Below, piece after piece: positions 1-10,279 of a stretch of DNA of 64,000 bases. The position numbers and the translations under genes were made by a program. Each line of letters opens with the position of its first letter. Position 1 is the stretch's first letter. Location: positions 1,312,001 to 1,376,000 of the forward strand of contig OY970296.1 in NCBI GenBank assembly GCA_963716175.1, read 5' to 3'. The notes under the pieces were generated by a model that was not told the origin of the DNA, made no database searches, and saw nothing but the letters and a program-made list of their open reading frames with translations. Origin of the DNA: an uncultured Armatimonadetes bacterium (GTDB lineage: Bacteria; Armatimonadota; Hebobacteria; Hebobacterales; Hebobacteraceae).

Positions 1-135
1 GGCCGGATGCTGCTGAGCTTCTCCTTCCTAGCCTGGCATCCTCACTTTCTGGGCGCCGTCCTGGGGGCACTGGTGCTGTCTCTGATCTGGGCGCTCACCA
101 GGCCTCTCGCACAGGCAGCGCCGCCGGCTAGCTGA
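1..135 (+). CDS. 3' end of a membrane protein (truncated by window edge)
   Basis: Frame 1 is open from base 1 to TGA at 133-135: GRMLLSFSFLAWHPHFLGAVLGALVLSLIWALTRPLAQAAPPAS, hydrophobic. Confidence 0.55.
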   Translation, partial: GRMLLSFSFLAWHPHFLGAVLGALVLSLIWALTRPLAQAAPPAS

Positions 136-625
136 GGGCGCGACGGCAGAGACGCCCGACAGACCCCAGGCAGCTTCTCAGGCTGGCCGAGAGGCGAAGT
201 GGACGCGCCTTATGCCTGGCCGCCTCTGGGCGCCTGTAGGCCCTCTTTTCGCGGTTTCCGGCAAGAGTGACGCGGGCGGTTGTGAGGGTCTTCCCCCGCA
301 TTCCCTTCCCGCGGGCGCAAGATTTCGCGGGAGGGCCATGTCCATTCTGTGGAAAGACTCCTGACAGAGCAGTGGCCGAGTCAGGGGCCATGACGGGCTC
401 CTGGCCGGCAGCGATGGACTTGGACGCACAGGCAGAGCCCGGTTCCCCACTGAGTCCACCACGCAGGAAGCTAGCTTCCGGGGGGGCGTCCAGGCGCACG
501 GGACGACGGAGCATTCTTGCCGTCCCCAGCAGAACATGCCGTCAGGCTGGATCAAAGCCAACGCGGCTGCGCTGAGCCGCGGTGGTGGGAGCTTTGCCAC
601 GGCCTTTCAGGGGGAACGACTGGCC

Positions 626-1792
626 ATGTACTCGCGTACGCGCCGGGGTGGCTTCAGCCTCACCGAGTGCCTCGTCACGGCCTTGCTCCTGGGGATCGGC
701 GTGGTGGGTGTGGCCAGCATGTTCGTCTACGCCACTGGCTCAGAGCGGAAGGCGCTTTACACCGCACAGGCGCGAACCATCGCTGAGCAGACTCTGGAGA
801 ACGTCCGCGCCCAGGGCTACGGAGTGTTCACGCAGCCCTCGGGCAGCGCCACCATCCCGACCCTGGGGCTGCCCCGGGCGACGGGGACGCTGGCCTGGCA
901 GCCCTATCCCGATAGCGGCTCGGAGCAGGGCCTGAAGCTGGTGGCCGTGAATGTGAGCTGGCGCTGGGGGGGTCCCAGCAGTGGTCAGTACCGACTGGTG
1001 ACTCTGATGTCAAGGCCGGAGGGGGGTAGAGCGATGCGCGCTGCGAGAGGGATAGACCGCGTGCGGGGCACCGCGCTCTGTGAGTGGATCATGGCCATGT
1101 TCATCAGCGGCCTCCTGTTCTCCGTGCTGCCGGGATTCTACTTCGGATACATCAAGGTTTGGGGGCGAGAGGCCAGCAGGCTAGGAGGGGCGGAACGGGC
1201 TGACCTGGTGCTGCAGCGGATGCAGGAAGAGATCCGCAATGCCCGCGGGGCCACCGTTTCCTCAGACGGGACCGCTTTGGGGATAGTGCTGCCCAAGCAG
1301 CACTACGATGCGACCGTGGGCCGCCCAGTGAACGATATAGACGCCTCCGGTCAGTTGGTGGACGGAGACCAGGTGCATTACTACTTCCTGGCCGACCCCG
1401 CCGGCACGGGCGCGGATTCCGGCGGGTTCCTCCGCCGGGTGCAGCGAGCAGATGGCTCCTGGCTCTCACCCCGGCTGATCACCGACGAGATCCATCCGGA
1501 ACTCAACCCACTGGCGCCCGGCGGGAGCAGCCCGCGACCCATCTTCGCCTACGACCCGACGCTGCGGATGGTCACGATCACGGTGAGTGCGGCCGAGGCC
1601 AAGCCCTCTGCCGGGAGCTTCGCGCCCACGGCCCAGCAGCCCAGGTGCTCGCGAGACGGCGGAACCCTGATCCGGGTCGCCACCGGCTCCCACCCGGAGG
1701 GAGAGATCCGGTGCAGCCGGTGTGGGACCCAGGTCCGGCCCAATGTGGAGATAATGACCTATCAGACCCAACTCCTGCTCCGGAACAAGTAG
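626..1792 (+). CDS. Two type IV prepilin-like proteins (PilV-like then PilW-like) read as one ORF, probably joined by an indel in the G run at ~1021
   Basis: G|FSLTE prepilin motif after ATG 626 and a second G|TALCE motif plus hydrophobic helix after ATG 1034. Confidence 0.7.
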   Translation: MYSRTRRGGFSLTECLVTALLLGIGVVGVASMFVYATGSERKALYTAQARTIAEQTLENVRAQGYGVFTQPSGSATIPTLGLPRATGTLAWQPYPDSGSEQGLKLVAVNVSWRWGGPSSGQYRLVTLMSRPEGGRAMRAARGIDRVRGTALCEWIMAMFISGLLFSVLPGFYFGYIKVWGREASRLGGAERADLVLQRMQEEIRNARGATVSSDGTALGIVLPKQHYDATVGRPVNDIDASGQLVDGDQVHYYFLADPAGTGADSGGFLRRVQRADGSWLSPRLITDEIHPELNPLAPGGSSPRPIFAYDPTLRMVTITVSAAEAKPSAGSFAPTAQQPRCSRDGGTLIRVATGSHPEGEIRCSRCGTQVRPNVEIMTYQTQLLLRNK

Positions 1793-1826
1793 CATCCTCA
1801 GCCAGGCCGGAGGGAGGCAAGAGCAA

Positions 1827-3014
1827 ATGAGAGACTGGTCCAGAGCTAAGCCGGGAGAGCAGGGAACGGTATTCCTGGTGGCGATGGTCATCCTCACCGT
1901 CCTGCTCTTCCTGGGTGCATGCCTGATCGAGCGGGCGGAGAACGGCCTGCACAGGGCCACGGTTGACAACTTCTCGGCCCGATCATTCCATCTCGCCGAG
2001 GCGGGTATCCATAGGGGCTTGTGGTCGCTGAACCAGCCCAATGGATGGTTCACCTATGCCGGGGATGCGCGCACCCTGCTGGGCGGCGGCTACTATGAGG
2101 TTAGCGTCATCCCGCCGCCCGCGCAGCGGGGGTTCTTCACGGAGCGACTCACCTTGCTGGGCACCGGCTATCTGCCAGGTGCAGCCGGCGCCCCGCGGTT
2201 CCCCATCAGGATCCAGGTGATCGCCCACAAAGATCCCCGCTACTTCGCCTATGCCGTCTTCGGCTCGCAGAAGGTGACGATTGGCAATGGGACTGTAACC
2301 GTCTCGGCTGACAGCTACACCACAGACAAGGGCGGATACGGAGGCGCCAATGTCGCTGAGCATGCTGATGTGGGCACCAATTCCACTGCGGCTGGCGCCA
2401 TAGAAATCCTGCCCAAGGGGGAGGTCCACGGCAATATCACCGTGGGCGCGGGGGTGCCAGCGCCCTCTGCGTGCGTCTCCAACCGGGGCCTCATCACAGG
2501 CAGCATCTCGGCGGCAACGGCACCCAATGCTCTGCCCAATGTCACCTCCTATCCCCCGGGCGCGATCGAACTCGGCGATGTCTGGCTGGATGCAACCCAA
2601 GAGCTGGTGCTGAATGAAGGCGTGTACCACATGACCGACCTGGACATGTTCGGGAGCTCCAAGATCACGTGCAATGGGAAAGTGGTAATATACGTAGATG
2701 AGTCTGGCGATCGCGACAGCCCCGAGATCCGCATCGGGGGCAACGGCTTTGTCAACACCTCTGGTGTGCCCTCCAACCTCGCGCTCTACTGCCTTCAGGA
2801 CGTCGTGGACATTAGCATCAGCGGCAACGGCAACTTCTGCGGCAGCATCTATGCTCCCCAGGCCGCCATCAAGCTCAACTCAGGCCAGGTGTATGGGTCA
2901 CTGGTGGGCAATACCGTTACCCTCAACGGCGCCACCGCGAGCGTGCACTATGATGAGGCGCTGCGCGACCACTCCGTTCCGCAGGCGACCATCCGCTCCT
3001 GGCAGGAGCTGTAG
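1827..3014 (+). CDS. PilX-like minor pilin / pilus assembly protein with C-terminal beta-helix
   Basis: EQG|TVFLVAMVIL N-terminus, LAEAGI motif, GSIYAP...GSLVG repeats, ends IRSWQEL. Confidence 0.75.
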   Translation: MRDWSRAKPGEQGTVFLVAMVILTVLLFLGACLIERAENGLHRATVDNFSARSFHLAEAGIHRGLWSLNQPNGWFTYAGDARTLLGGGYYEVSVIPPPAQRGFFTERLTLLGTGYLPGAAGAPRFPIRIQVIAHKDPRYFAYAVFGSQKVTIGNGTVTVSADSYTTDKGGYGGANVAEHADVGTNSTAAGAIEILPKGEVHGNITVGAGVPAPSACVSNRGLITGSISAATAPNALPNVTSYPPGAIELGDVWLDATQELVLNEGVYHMTDLDMFGSSKITCNGKVVIYVDESGDRDSPEIRIGGNGFVNTSGVPSNLALYCLQDVVDISISGNGNFCGSIYAPQAAIKLNSGQVYGSLVGNTVTLNGATASVHYDEALRDHSVPQATIRSWQEL

Positions 3015-3096
3015 CCGCGACAGTGCATCAGGCGTGAAGGCGATATGATCGTCAGGGCAGGGCCCAAAGAGGCCCTGCCCTGATCGCGTATGAACC

Positions 3097-4440
3097 TCAC
3101 CGGAGTGTGAGTGTCCCGTACTGGGCCGCGGTGGCCCAGATGGCGTAGGCGTTCAGGGCCAGCATGAGCAGGGAGATAAGAGTAAGGCCGAGCCTGGCCC
3201 AGCGCGCGTCGCCGAACAGCGCACTCAGGCCGCGGGCGGAGGCCAGGCCCAGCAAGGGCAGCACGCAGACCAGATAGCGTCCGCCGCTGGTGCCCATGCG
3301 CCAGTCCACTGTCAGCACGTTGCGGACGAGCCCGAGCAGCACCACCAGCGCGGTGAAGAGCCAGAGCAGGAGGGACCAAGATTCAGCGCCGGATATCGCC
3401 TCTCTGCTCCGGTGCAGGAAGGCGACGGCGAGCCCCGCGGCTGAGAGCAGGGCCAGGGCCAGCAGGAAGCGGGTGATCGCCGGGAGGTCGGCGTGGGCAC
3501 CGATGACATCGGCGGGCACGAAGGTGAACAGGAAGATCAGCCTGGGCAGCGCGCCCAGCAGCGCGGCCCGCGGGGCCTCCGGCAGGCCCCGCAAAGGGTA
3601 GAGATAGGGATAGACGAGAGGCGAGCCGTAGATCCACCACTTGCGCAGAAACCACCAGCCGGAGAGGGCGAAGGTGAGCAGGAGCGCAACGCCGATCCAC
3701 TGCAGCGCCTGCCCGAGCGACCTGGGGCTGGCCTCCAGGGCCAGCGCCAGCAGTGACACCACCACCAGGGCCAGCGCGGTCTCCTTGACATTGAGGGCCA
3801 CTCCCAGGAGCAGCCCCAGCACCGCCCAGTCCCGCCAGGTGACGCGAAAGGTCACCATGCGCGCCCACTGCCAGGCGGTGGCGGCGAACATGAGGATGAG
3901 CAGGGAATCGTTGTTGATCACCCCGGTGATGTAGGTGAACATGGGGGTGAAGGCGGTGAGGGCCACGCCGCCGAGCCAGAGCTGGGGGCGGCCGGGGAAG
4001 ACCATGCGCGCCGTCCACCACACGAAAAGCAGGGCGGCGGCGCCGAAGATCACCGAGAGCAGACGCACCGGCCGCACTGCCCCCGGCACCTGGAAGCTCT
4101 GTCGGGCTCCCTCCTGGTCCAGGAAGGTGACGGTCTGCTGGGGGAGGTGGGCGAAGGCGCGCCAGACCAGGGCGGCCAGGGCGTAGTAGAGCGGCGGCTG
4201 GTGCGCTTCATGCGTGCGGGCCGCGCCGGGCCGGTACACGTCGTCTTCCTCCCCGTGGGTGAGCGCAGGGAGCCGGCCATCGAGGGCGAGCGACTCGACG
4301 TAGATGATGTGTCCCGGCTCATCCGGGCCCCACTGCAGGCGGGTGGCGAAGGACTGGAGGGTAGCCAGCAGGCAGTAGCCGACGAGAATCGCGATCAGAC
4401 CAACGTGGGCGAGCCGGTAGCTGGGGTAGCTGGCAGTCAC
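3097..4440 (-). CDS. GT-C fold membrane glycosyltransferase (ArnT/PMT-like)
   Basis: PDEPGH, HQPPLYY, NNDSL and GRYL motifs; multiple TM helices; GTG start at 4440 inferred. Confidence 0.75.
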   Translation of the reverse strand: MTASYPSYRLAHVGLIAILVGYCLLATLQSFATRLQWGPDEPGHIIYVESLALDGRLPALTHGEEDDVYRPGAARTHEAHQPPLYYALAALVWRAFAHLPQQTVTFLDQEGARQSFQVPGAVRPVRLLSVIFGAAALLFVWWTARMVFPGRPQLWLGGVALTAFTPMFTYITGVINNDSLLILMFAATAWQWARMVTFRVTWRDWAVLGLLLGVALNVKETALALVVVSLLALALEASPRSLGQALQWIGVALLLTFALSGWWFLRKWWIYGSPLVYPYLYPLRGLPEAPRAALLGALPRLIFLFTFVPADVIGAHADLPAITRFLLALALLSAAGLAVAFLHRSREAISGAESWSLLLWLFTALVVLLGLVRNVLTVDWRMGTSGGRYLVCVLPLLGLASARGLSALFGDARWARLGLTLISLLMLALNAYAIWATAAQYGTLTLR

Positions 4441-4525
4441 AGCGCGGCCATTCTCGCGGGCTGACGGGGATTCCTCCCAGCAGAGACCGGCAGGGCTGCT
4501 GCGCGGGCTGCCGAAAGACAAGACC

Positions 4526-5149
4526 ATGCCTCTGGTGCATGTCTTCGATCTGGGAAACGTGCTGGTAGCCTTCCATGAGCGGTTAGTATACCAGCGGCTG
4601 CGGCAGCGCTGCCGGCCGGGTGCGAGGGTGGAGGCCGTGTTCGACGCGCACCTGGGGGCGGCCGGGGTTGACATCGGCGGCGATTTCGACCGCTTGCACC
4701 CGCTGCTGGTGCGAGACCTGGGCCTGAGCATGACCCTGGAGGAGCTGCGGCTGGCCTGGAACGACATCTTCTCTCCCATGCCGGAGATGCTGGAGGTGGT
4801 GCGGGAGAGCCCGCGCCCCCGCTACCTGCTCTCGACGACCAATGCTCCCCACGTCGTGTGGCTGCGCCAGCATTTCAGTTATGTCTTCGAGCTGTTCGAC
4901 CACTGCTTCCTCACCTGCGAGATCGGGCTGCGGAAGCCGGACCCGGCCCTTTTCCGGCACGTGGAATCCGTCACCGGCCAGCCGCCGGAGCGACACCTCC
5001 TGATAGATGATATGCCCCAGAACGTGGCGGGCGCTCGCGCCGCGGGCTGGCAGGCGATCCGATTCGTGGGCGTGGAGGACTGCCGACAGCGACTGGCCGC
5101 GCTGGCCGCCGGCCACAGGGAGGGAAGTGCTCGCCTGCCGGTGAAGTGA
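4526..5149 (+). CDS. HAD-superfamily phosphatase
   Basis: FDLGNVL motif I, LST, KPDP, IDD motifs. Confidence 0.9.
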   Translation: MPLVHVFDLGNVLVAFHERLVYQRLRQRCRPGARVEAVFDAHLGAAGVDIGGDFDRLHPLLVRDLGLSMTLEELRLAWNDIFSPMPEMLEVVRESPRPRYLLSTTNAPHVVWLRQHFSYVFELFDHCFLTCEIGLRKPDPALFRHVESVTGQPPERHLLIDDMPQNVAGARAAGWQAIRFVGVEDCRQRLAALAAGHREGSARLPVK

Positions 5150-5352
5150 GACGCGCCTCTTCGGCAGGTCGTCCGTCGCTGCGCTCGTGGCAAAGCCACG
5201 TCACCATGGGGGGAGGACCCTGCGAGGCGGGATGGGAAACCGACCAGACCTAGCCTCTGGAGTGACACCCGGGAGCGGCCGGTACTTGCCAGGCAGGCAG
5301 CGGCCGTACTAACATAGGAGAGACGAGCAAGGAATTGGTATGGAGGTGCGAG

Positions 5353-6252
5353 ATGGCTGAAGGGGCTAGCGAGATGCGTTCCACCTGGCGCAATAAGGTT
5401 GGCCTCGCCGAGATGCTCAAAGGCGGGGTGATCATGGATGTCACCACCGCGGAGCAGGCCAAGATCGCGGAGGAGGCGGGCGCGGTGGCGGTGATGGCGC
5501 TGGAGCGGGTGCCTGCCGACATTCGCGCCCAGGGCGGGGTAGCGCGCATGGCCGATCCCGTGAAGGTCAAGGAGATCATGGCCGCGGTCACCATCCCGGC
5601 GATGGCCAAGGCGCGCATCGGCCACTTCGCGGAGGCCCAGGTGCTGGAGGCGCTGGGCGTGGATTTCGTGGACGAGAGCGAGGTGCTGACTCCCGCGGAC
5701 GAGCAGTTCCACATTGACAAGCACCTGTTCAGGGTGCCCTTCGTGTGCGGCTGCCGGAACCTCGGGGAGGCGCTGCGGCGGATCGGGGAAGGGGCCGCGA
5801 TGATCCGGACCAAGGGGGAGGCCGGGAGCGGCAACATTGTGGAGGCGGTGCGCCACATGCGCATGGTGCAATCCGAGATCCGCCGTCTCACCACGCTGCG
5901 CTCGGATGAGCTGATGACTGCGGCAAAGGAGCTGGGCGCGCCCTATGAGCTGGTGTGCGAGGTGGCGCGCTTGGGCAAGCTGCCGGTGCCGAACTTCGCC
6001 GCCGGCGGCATCGCCACCCCGGCCGACGCCTCTCTGGTGATGCAGTTGGGGGCAGAGGCCGTCTTCGTGGGCTCGGGGATCTTCAAGTCGAACGACCCGG
6101 CGGCGCGGGCGAAGGCGATCGTGGAGGCCACCACCTACTACGACAAGCCGGAGGTGGTGGCCCGGGTTTCGGCCGGGATCGGGGAGGCCATGCCGGGGTT
6201 GGATATAGCCAAGCTGGATGAGAAGGAGCTGCTCCAGACGCGAGGTTGGTGA
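5353..6252 (+). CDS. pdxS: Pyridoxal 5'-phosphate synthase lyase subunit
   Basis: [27 protein letters not shown], ends RGW; GGAGG RBS at 5342. Confidence 0.98.
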   Translation: MAEGASEMRSTWRNKVGLAEMLKGGVIMDVTTAEQAKIAEEAGAVAVMALERVPADIRAQGGVARMADPVKVKEIMAAVTIPAMAKARIGHFAEAQVLEALGVDFVDESEVLTPADEQFHIDKHLFRVPFVCGCRNLGEALRRIGEGAAMIRTKGEAGSGNIVEAVRHMRMVQSEIRRLTTLRSDELMTAAKELGAPYELVCEVARLGKLPVPNFAAGGIATPADASLVMQLGAEAVFVGSGIFKSNDPAARAKAIVEATTYYDKPEVVARVSAGIGEAMPGLDIAKLDEKELLQTRGW

Positions 6253-6338
6253 GCGCAATCGGGACGAACATGCCCCTGCCACCGAGGGGCCGCGAAATCG
6301 CCGGCGGGCATGCCCGCCTTTGATGGCTTCTGACAAGC

Positions 6339-6545
6339 ATGGCAGACCGGAGGAACGACATGGTCGGAAGAGGCATTGCAGTCGCTGGCATCTGGGTTGG
6401 AGTGGGGATCGCGATCGGGCTGACCGGCGCCGCGCACCCCAATCTGCCGGGTTGGGTCTACAAATGGCTGCTGGTGAGCGCGGTGCTGGTGACCTGGCCC
6501 ATCGTGTTGCCGCTGATGGGGCCGTGGTCGTGGGGGAAGGATTAG
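6339..6545 (+). CDS. Small two-TM membrane protein
   Basis: 68-aa ORF with two hydrophobic segments between pdxS and pdxT; alternative ATG at 6360 has a GGAGG RBS. Confidence 0.5.
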   Translation: MADRRNDMVGRGIAVAGIWVGVGIAIGLTGAAHPNLPGWVYKWLLVSAVLVTWPIVLPLMGPWSWGKD

Positions 6546-6618
6546 GCAACGGCCCCACCCCTGCTGCGCAGGGGTAGGCCACAAGAGTGGGGTCGCAAGG
6601 GAAGGGTTGAAGTAGGAG

Positions 6619-7197
6619 GTGGCATTGAAGATAGGAGTGCTGGCCCTGCAGGGGGCGTATCGGGAGCATCTGCAGACACTGCGCAGACTCGGGGTGGAGG
6701 CGATGGGGGTGCGGACGCCGGAGGAGGTGGCGGCCTCGCAGGCGCTGATCATACCCGGGGGGGAGAGCACCACCATCGGGAAGCTGATGGTGCGCTACCG
6801 CCTGCTGGAGCCGATTCAGGCGCACGCGCGATCAGGGAGGCCTCTGCTGGGCACCTGCGCGGGCATGATCCTGATGGCAAAGCGGATCGAGGCGGCGGCC
6901 CAGGATCAGCCCCGGCTGGGGGTGATGGACATCACCGTGGCGCGGAACGCCTTCGGGCGCCAGGTGGACAGTTTCGAGGCCGACCTGGCTTTTGACGGGG
7001 TCAACAGCGGGCCGGTGCGGGCGGTGTTCATCCGGGCGCCGGTGATCCGGGCGGTGGGCGAGGGGGTACAGGTGCTGGCAGCCCACGAGGGGAAGATCGT
7101 GGCGGCGCGGCAGGGAAATCTGCTGGCCCTGGCTTTCCACCCGGAGCTGACCGAAGACGCGAGGATACATCGGTACTTTCTCTCGCTGGTGGGGTAG
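6619..7197 (+). CDS. pdxT: PLP synthase glutaminase subunit
   Basis: GVLALQG, PGGEST, GTCAG, FHPEL motifs. Confidence 0.98.
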   Translation: MALKIGVLALQGAYREHLQTLRRLGVEAMGVRTPEEVAASQALIIPGGESTTIGKLMVRYRLLEPIQAHARSGRPLLGTCAGMILMAKRIEAAAQDQPRLGVMDITVARNAFGRQVDSFEADLAFDGVNSGPVRAVFIRAPVIRAVGEGVQVLAAHEGKIVAARQGNLLALAFHPELTEDARIHRYFLSLVG

Positions 7198-7238
7198 GCC
7201 GAGGGGCCGGGGCTGCCGATGACGGCGGGAGCCTGAGA

Positions 7239-8006
7239 ATGGTCGCATCTGTGGGCCGGCAAGTGATGGCAGCTCTGGCCTTCGTAGGTGACCAGGTGCT
7301 GCTGTTGGGCAGCACCGCGGGCTATCTGGCGCGGGGCCGGCTCGGGCTGGGGCGAGCGTTCCAGCAGATGGCCGTCGCCGGTACCGACTCCTTGCCCATC
7401 GTGTGCATCACCATGCTGTTTGTGGGGATGGCCTGGGGCTGGAACACGGCCGGCTACATGGTGCGCTTCGGGGCGGTGGGCTATTTCGGGGGCAGCACCG
7501 CGGTGGCGATTGCACGAGAGCTGGGGCCGGCGCTGTGCGGAGTGGTGGTGGCGGCGCGGGTAGGATCGGCGTTCGCGGCCGAGCTGGGGACGATGACGGT
7601 GACCGAGCAGGTGGATGCGCTGCGGGCGCTGGCGGTGGACCCCGTCTACTACCTGGTAGTGCCCAGGGTGGTGGCCTGCGTGATCATGCTGCCACTGCTG
7701 ACGGTGGTGGCGGACGCGGCCGGGATCCTGGGCGCCTACGCCATCTCCACCGGGGTGGGCATCAGCTCCGGCGAGTACACCAGCTCCATGCAGCAGTGGC
7801 TGACCCCGACCAACCTCTACGGCGGTGTCGCCAAGGGGTTCTTCTTCGGGCTGATCATCGCGCTGGTCGGCTGCCGGCAGGGGTTGCGCGCCGGCGGGGG
7901 CGCGGCCGGGGTGGGGCGCGCCACCATCAGCGCGGTGGTGCTGAGCATCGTGCTGATCTACGGCGCCAACCTGCTGCTCACCATGCTGTTCTTCCGCGGA
8001 TCGTGA
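7239..8006 (+). CDS. mlaE: MlaE-family ABC permease
   Basis: RELGP, AELGTMTVTEQVDALRAL, LVVPRV motifs. Confidence 0.93.
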   Translation: MVASVGRQVMAALAFVGDQVLLLGSTAGYLARGRLGLGRAFQQMAVAGTDSLPIVCITMLFVGMAWGWNTAGYMVRFGAVGYFGGSTAVAIARELGPALCGVVVAARVGSAFAAELGTMTVTEQVDALRALAVDPVYYLVVPRVVACVIMLPLLTVVADAAGILGAYAISTGVGISSGEYTSSMQQWLTPTNLYGGVAKGFFFGLIIALVGCRQGLRAGGGAAGVGRATISAVVLSIVLIYGANLLLTMLFFRGS

Positions 8007-8791
8007 TGATGAGCGCCTCCACTCCCGATGCCCCCCGCGTCGAGCTCCAGGAGCTTCGCTACCTGATTGATGGCAAACCGGTGCTGAACGGCATTGACCT
8101 GGAGGTGGGCCGGAGCGAGATCGTCGGGATCATGGGCCGAAGCGGCAGCGGTAAGACCACCCTGCTGCGCCTGGTGATGGGGCTGGTGCGGCCTACCAGC
8201 GGGCGGGTGCTGATCAAAGGGCGCGATATTGGGCAGCTCAACGAGGAGCAGTTGGGCGAGGTGCGAGTGGACATGGGGATGGTGTTCCAGGGCGCGGCGC
8301 TGTTCGATTCCATGACGGTGGGGGAGAACGTCGCCTTCGGCCTGGTGGAGCATCGGCGCCTTCCGGGGTCGGAGGTGGCAGGGCGGGTGCGCGCGCTGCT
8401 GGAAATGGTGGCTATGGGTGGAAGCGAGCGGCTGATGCCCGCGCAGCTCTCGGGCGGAATGCGCAAGCGGGTGGGGATCGCGCGGGCGCTGGCGCTGCAG
8501 CCCTCCATCATGCTCTACGACGAGCCCACCGCGGGCCTGGACCCGATCTCGGCGGCGGCGATTGACCACCTCATCCTGCGCCTGTGCGAGCAGTTCCAGG
8601 TGAGCACGCTGATCGCGTCGCATGATGTGGCCAGCCTGCGCCGGGTGTCGGATCGGGCGGCCCTGCTGCACCGGGGCTTGTTCCTGGCGGTGGGGAGAAT
8701 GGCAGAGCTGGAGACGAGTGGTGATCCGGCGATCCAGCAGTTTCTCTCCGGGGCCCCGGAGGGGCCGCTGACTGATGAGGCCGGCGGGTGA
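8006..8791 (+). CDS. mlaF: MlaF-family ABC ATPase
   Basis: GRSGSGKT, LSGGMRKRV, YDEPTAGLDP; sits between mlaE and the MCE gene. Confidence 0.92.
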   Translation: MMSASTPDAPRVELQELRYLIDGKPVLNGIDLEVGRSEIVGIMGRSGSGKTTLLRLVMGLVRPTSGRVLIKGRDIGQLNEEQLGEVRVDMGMVFQGAALFDSMTVGENVAFGLVEHRRLPGSEVAGRVRALLEMVAMGGSERLMPAQLSGGMRKRVGIARALALQPSIMLYDEPTAGLDPISAAAIDHLILRLCEQFQVSTLIASHDVASLRRVSDRAALLHRGLFLAVGRMAELETSGDPAIQQFLSGAPEGPLTDEAGG

Positions 8792-8803
8792 GGAGGTAGC
8801 AAG

Positions 8804-10186
8804 GTGCGCACAGGAGCGGAGGTCAAAGTCGGGCTGATCACCCTGCTCGCAGTCGCCCTGCTGATCCTGTTCAGCATCTACATCACCGGGATTGGCTTTG
8901 GGGCCCACACCTACACCGTCTACGCGACCTTCGGGAATGCCCGGGGCATTGAGCGGGGAGATCCGGTGCAGATGGTGGGGGTGAAGATCGGTGAGGTGCG
9001 GTTGGTGAGCATCACCCCCTCTCGCAAGGCTCAGGTCACCCTGGAGATCGGGCGGCAGTACCGTCTCTATAAGAACTACGTGGTCCAGATATCCACCGCG
9101 GGCCTGATCCAGGAGCGCTTCATTGATGTCATCCCGGTCAAGCCCGGCGAGGAAGGGCCGGAACTGTCGGACCAGGCGACAATCCAGGGGGTGACCGCGC
9201 CCGACCTGGCCGACATGCTGAGAACGGGGCAGGAGGTGCTGACCAACCTGGACCGCACCACCCGGGAGCTACAGGTGGCGTTAAGCGACAAGCAGCTCCT
9301 GGGAGGGGTGAAACGCGCGCTGGAGAGCTTCACCAAGGCGGCTGATGCCACACGGCAGGCGGCCACGGTCGCGGCGGCGGTGGCGAAGGAGTCGGAGCCA
9401 GCGACAATGACCATTCTCGCCCAACTGAGGGCGGCGGCCGCGCACCTGGAGGCCACCACCCGGGCGGTAGAGGCGAAGGTGGCGCAGGGGACAACGCTGG
9501 AAGACTTGCAGGCGGCGGCGCGCAGCGCGCGGGAGGCCAGCGCGAACTCCGAGCGCCTCACCGCGAACCTGGCCGACATGGTCTCTGACCCGACGGTGAA
9601 GCTCGAGCTGCGCACCACCCTGGCGAATATCCATGAGGCCTCTATGTCTCTGAAGAAGATCGGGGCCGACCTGGAGGTGTTCTCCGGGAAGCTGCGGGAG
9701 GCGGCGCCGTCCGTGCCGGCCGTGATGAAGGAGGCGGAGCAGGTGGCAACCTCGGCCGAGCAGATCAGGGAACGCCTGAAGCCTCCCGAGATCCACGGCA
9801 ACTTCAGCGTGGCATACAGCGGAAAGGCGGGCCGCAGCTTCTCCACCGGCAGCCTCGATTTCAGCACCAGCCCGGGCCGCTTCCTGCGCCTGGGCATAGA
9901 CGACATCGGGGAGGGGAGCAACGTCAACATCCAGTTGGCGGAGCGTCAGCGGCTGGGCGTGCTCCGGTATGGGCTGGTGCGGTCGCGGCTGGGGCTGGGC
10001 TTTGACCTGGGGCGGCCGCATCGCGCCATCCTCTCGGTGGACATTTTCGACCCCAACCAACTGCGGGCCGACGTGTTGGCAGACGTCCCGCTTATCCTGG
10101 GGGCCACGGACTGGGGGATACTGGTTGGGATGCGTGATGTGGGCGGGGACAATCTGTTCGTGGCCGGAGCGCAGGCGAGAAGGTAG
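8804..10186 (+). CDS. MlaD/MCE-domain protein with long helical region
   Basis: EVKVG TM anchor, MCE motif GIERGDPVQMVGVKIGEV, coiled coil, beta-rich C-terminus. Confidence 0.9.
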   Translation: MRTGAEVKVGLITLLAVALLILFSIYITGIGFGAHTYTVYATFGNARGIERGDPVQMVGVKIGEVRLVSITPSRKAQVTLEIGRQYRLYKNYVVQISTAGLIQERFIDVIPVKPGEEGPELSDQATIQGVTAPDLADMLRTGQEVLTNLDRTTRELQVALSDKQLLGGVKRALESFTKAADATRQAATVAAAVAKESEPATMTILAQLRAAAAHLEATTRAVEAKVAQGTTLEDLQAAARSAREASANSERLTANLADMVSDPTVKLELRTTLANIHEASMSLKKIGADLEVFSGKLREAAPSVPAVMKEAEQVATSAEQIRERLKPPEIHGNFSVAYSGKAGRSFSTGSLDFSTSPGRFLRLGIDDIGEGSNVNIQLAERQRLGVLRYGLVRSRLGLGFDLGRPHRAILSVDIFDPNQLRADVLADVPLILGATDWGILVGMRDVGGDNLFVAGAQARR

Positions 10187-10279
10187 AATGGAAGGCGGTA
10201 AGTCTGGTGCATTCGAGGGGGGAGGGAGAGCGGAAGGCATACTGTGGACGGCTGCCGTACCAGATAGTAGGAGGCAGGG

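Noticed and set aside
136-625. c-di-GMP riboswitch upstream of the pilin operon
   Set aside because: Neither the class I (GGCAAA...GACGCAAA) nor the class II core could be matched by eye; an Rfam scan is needed.
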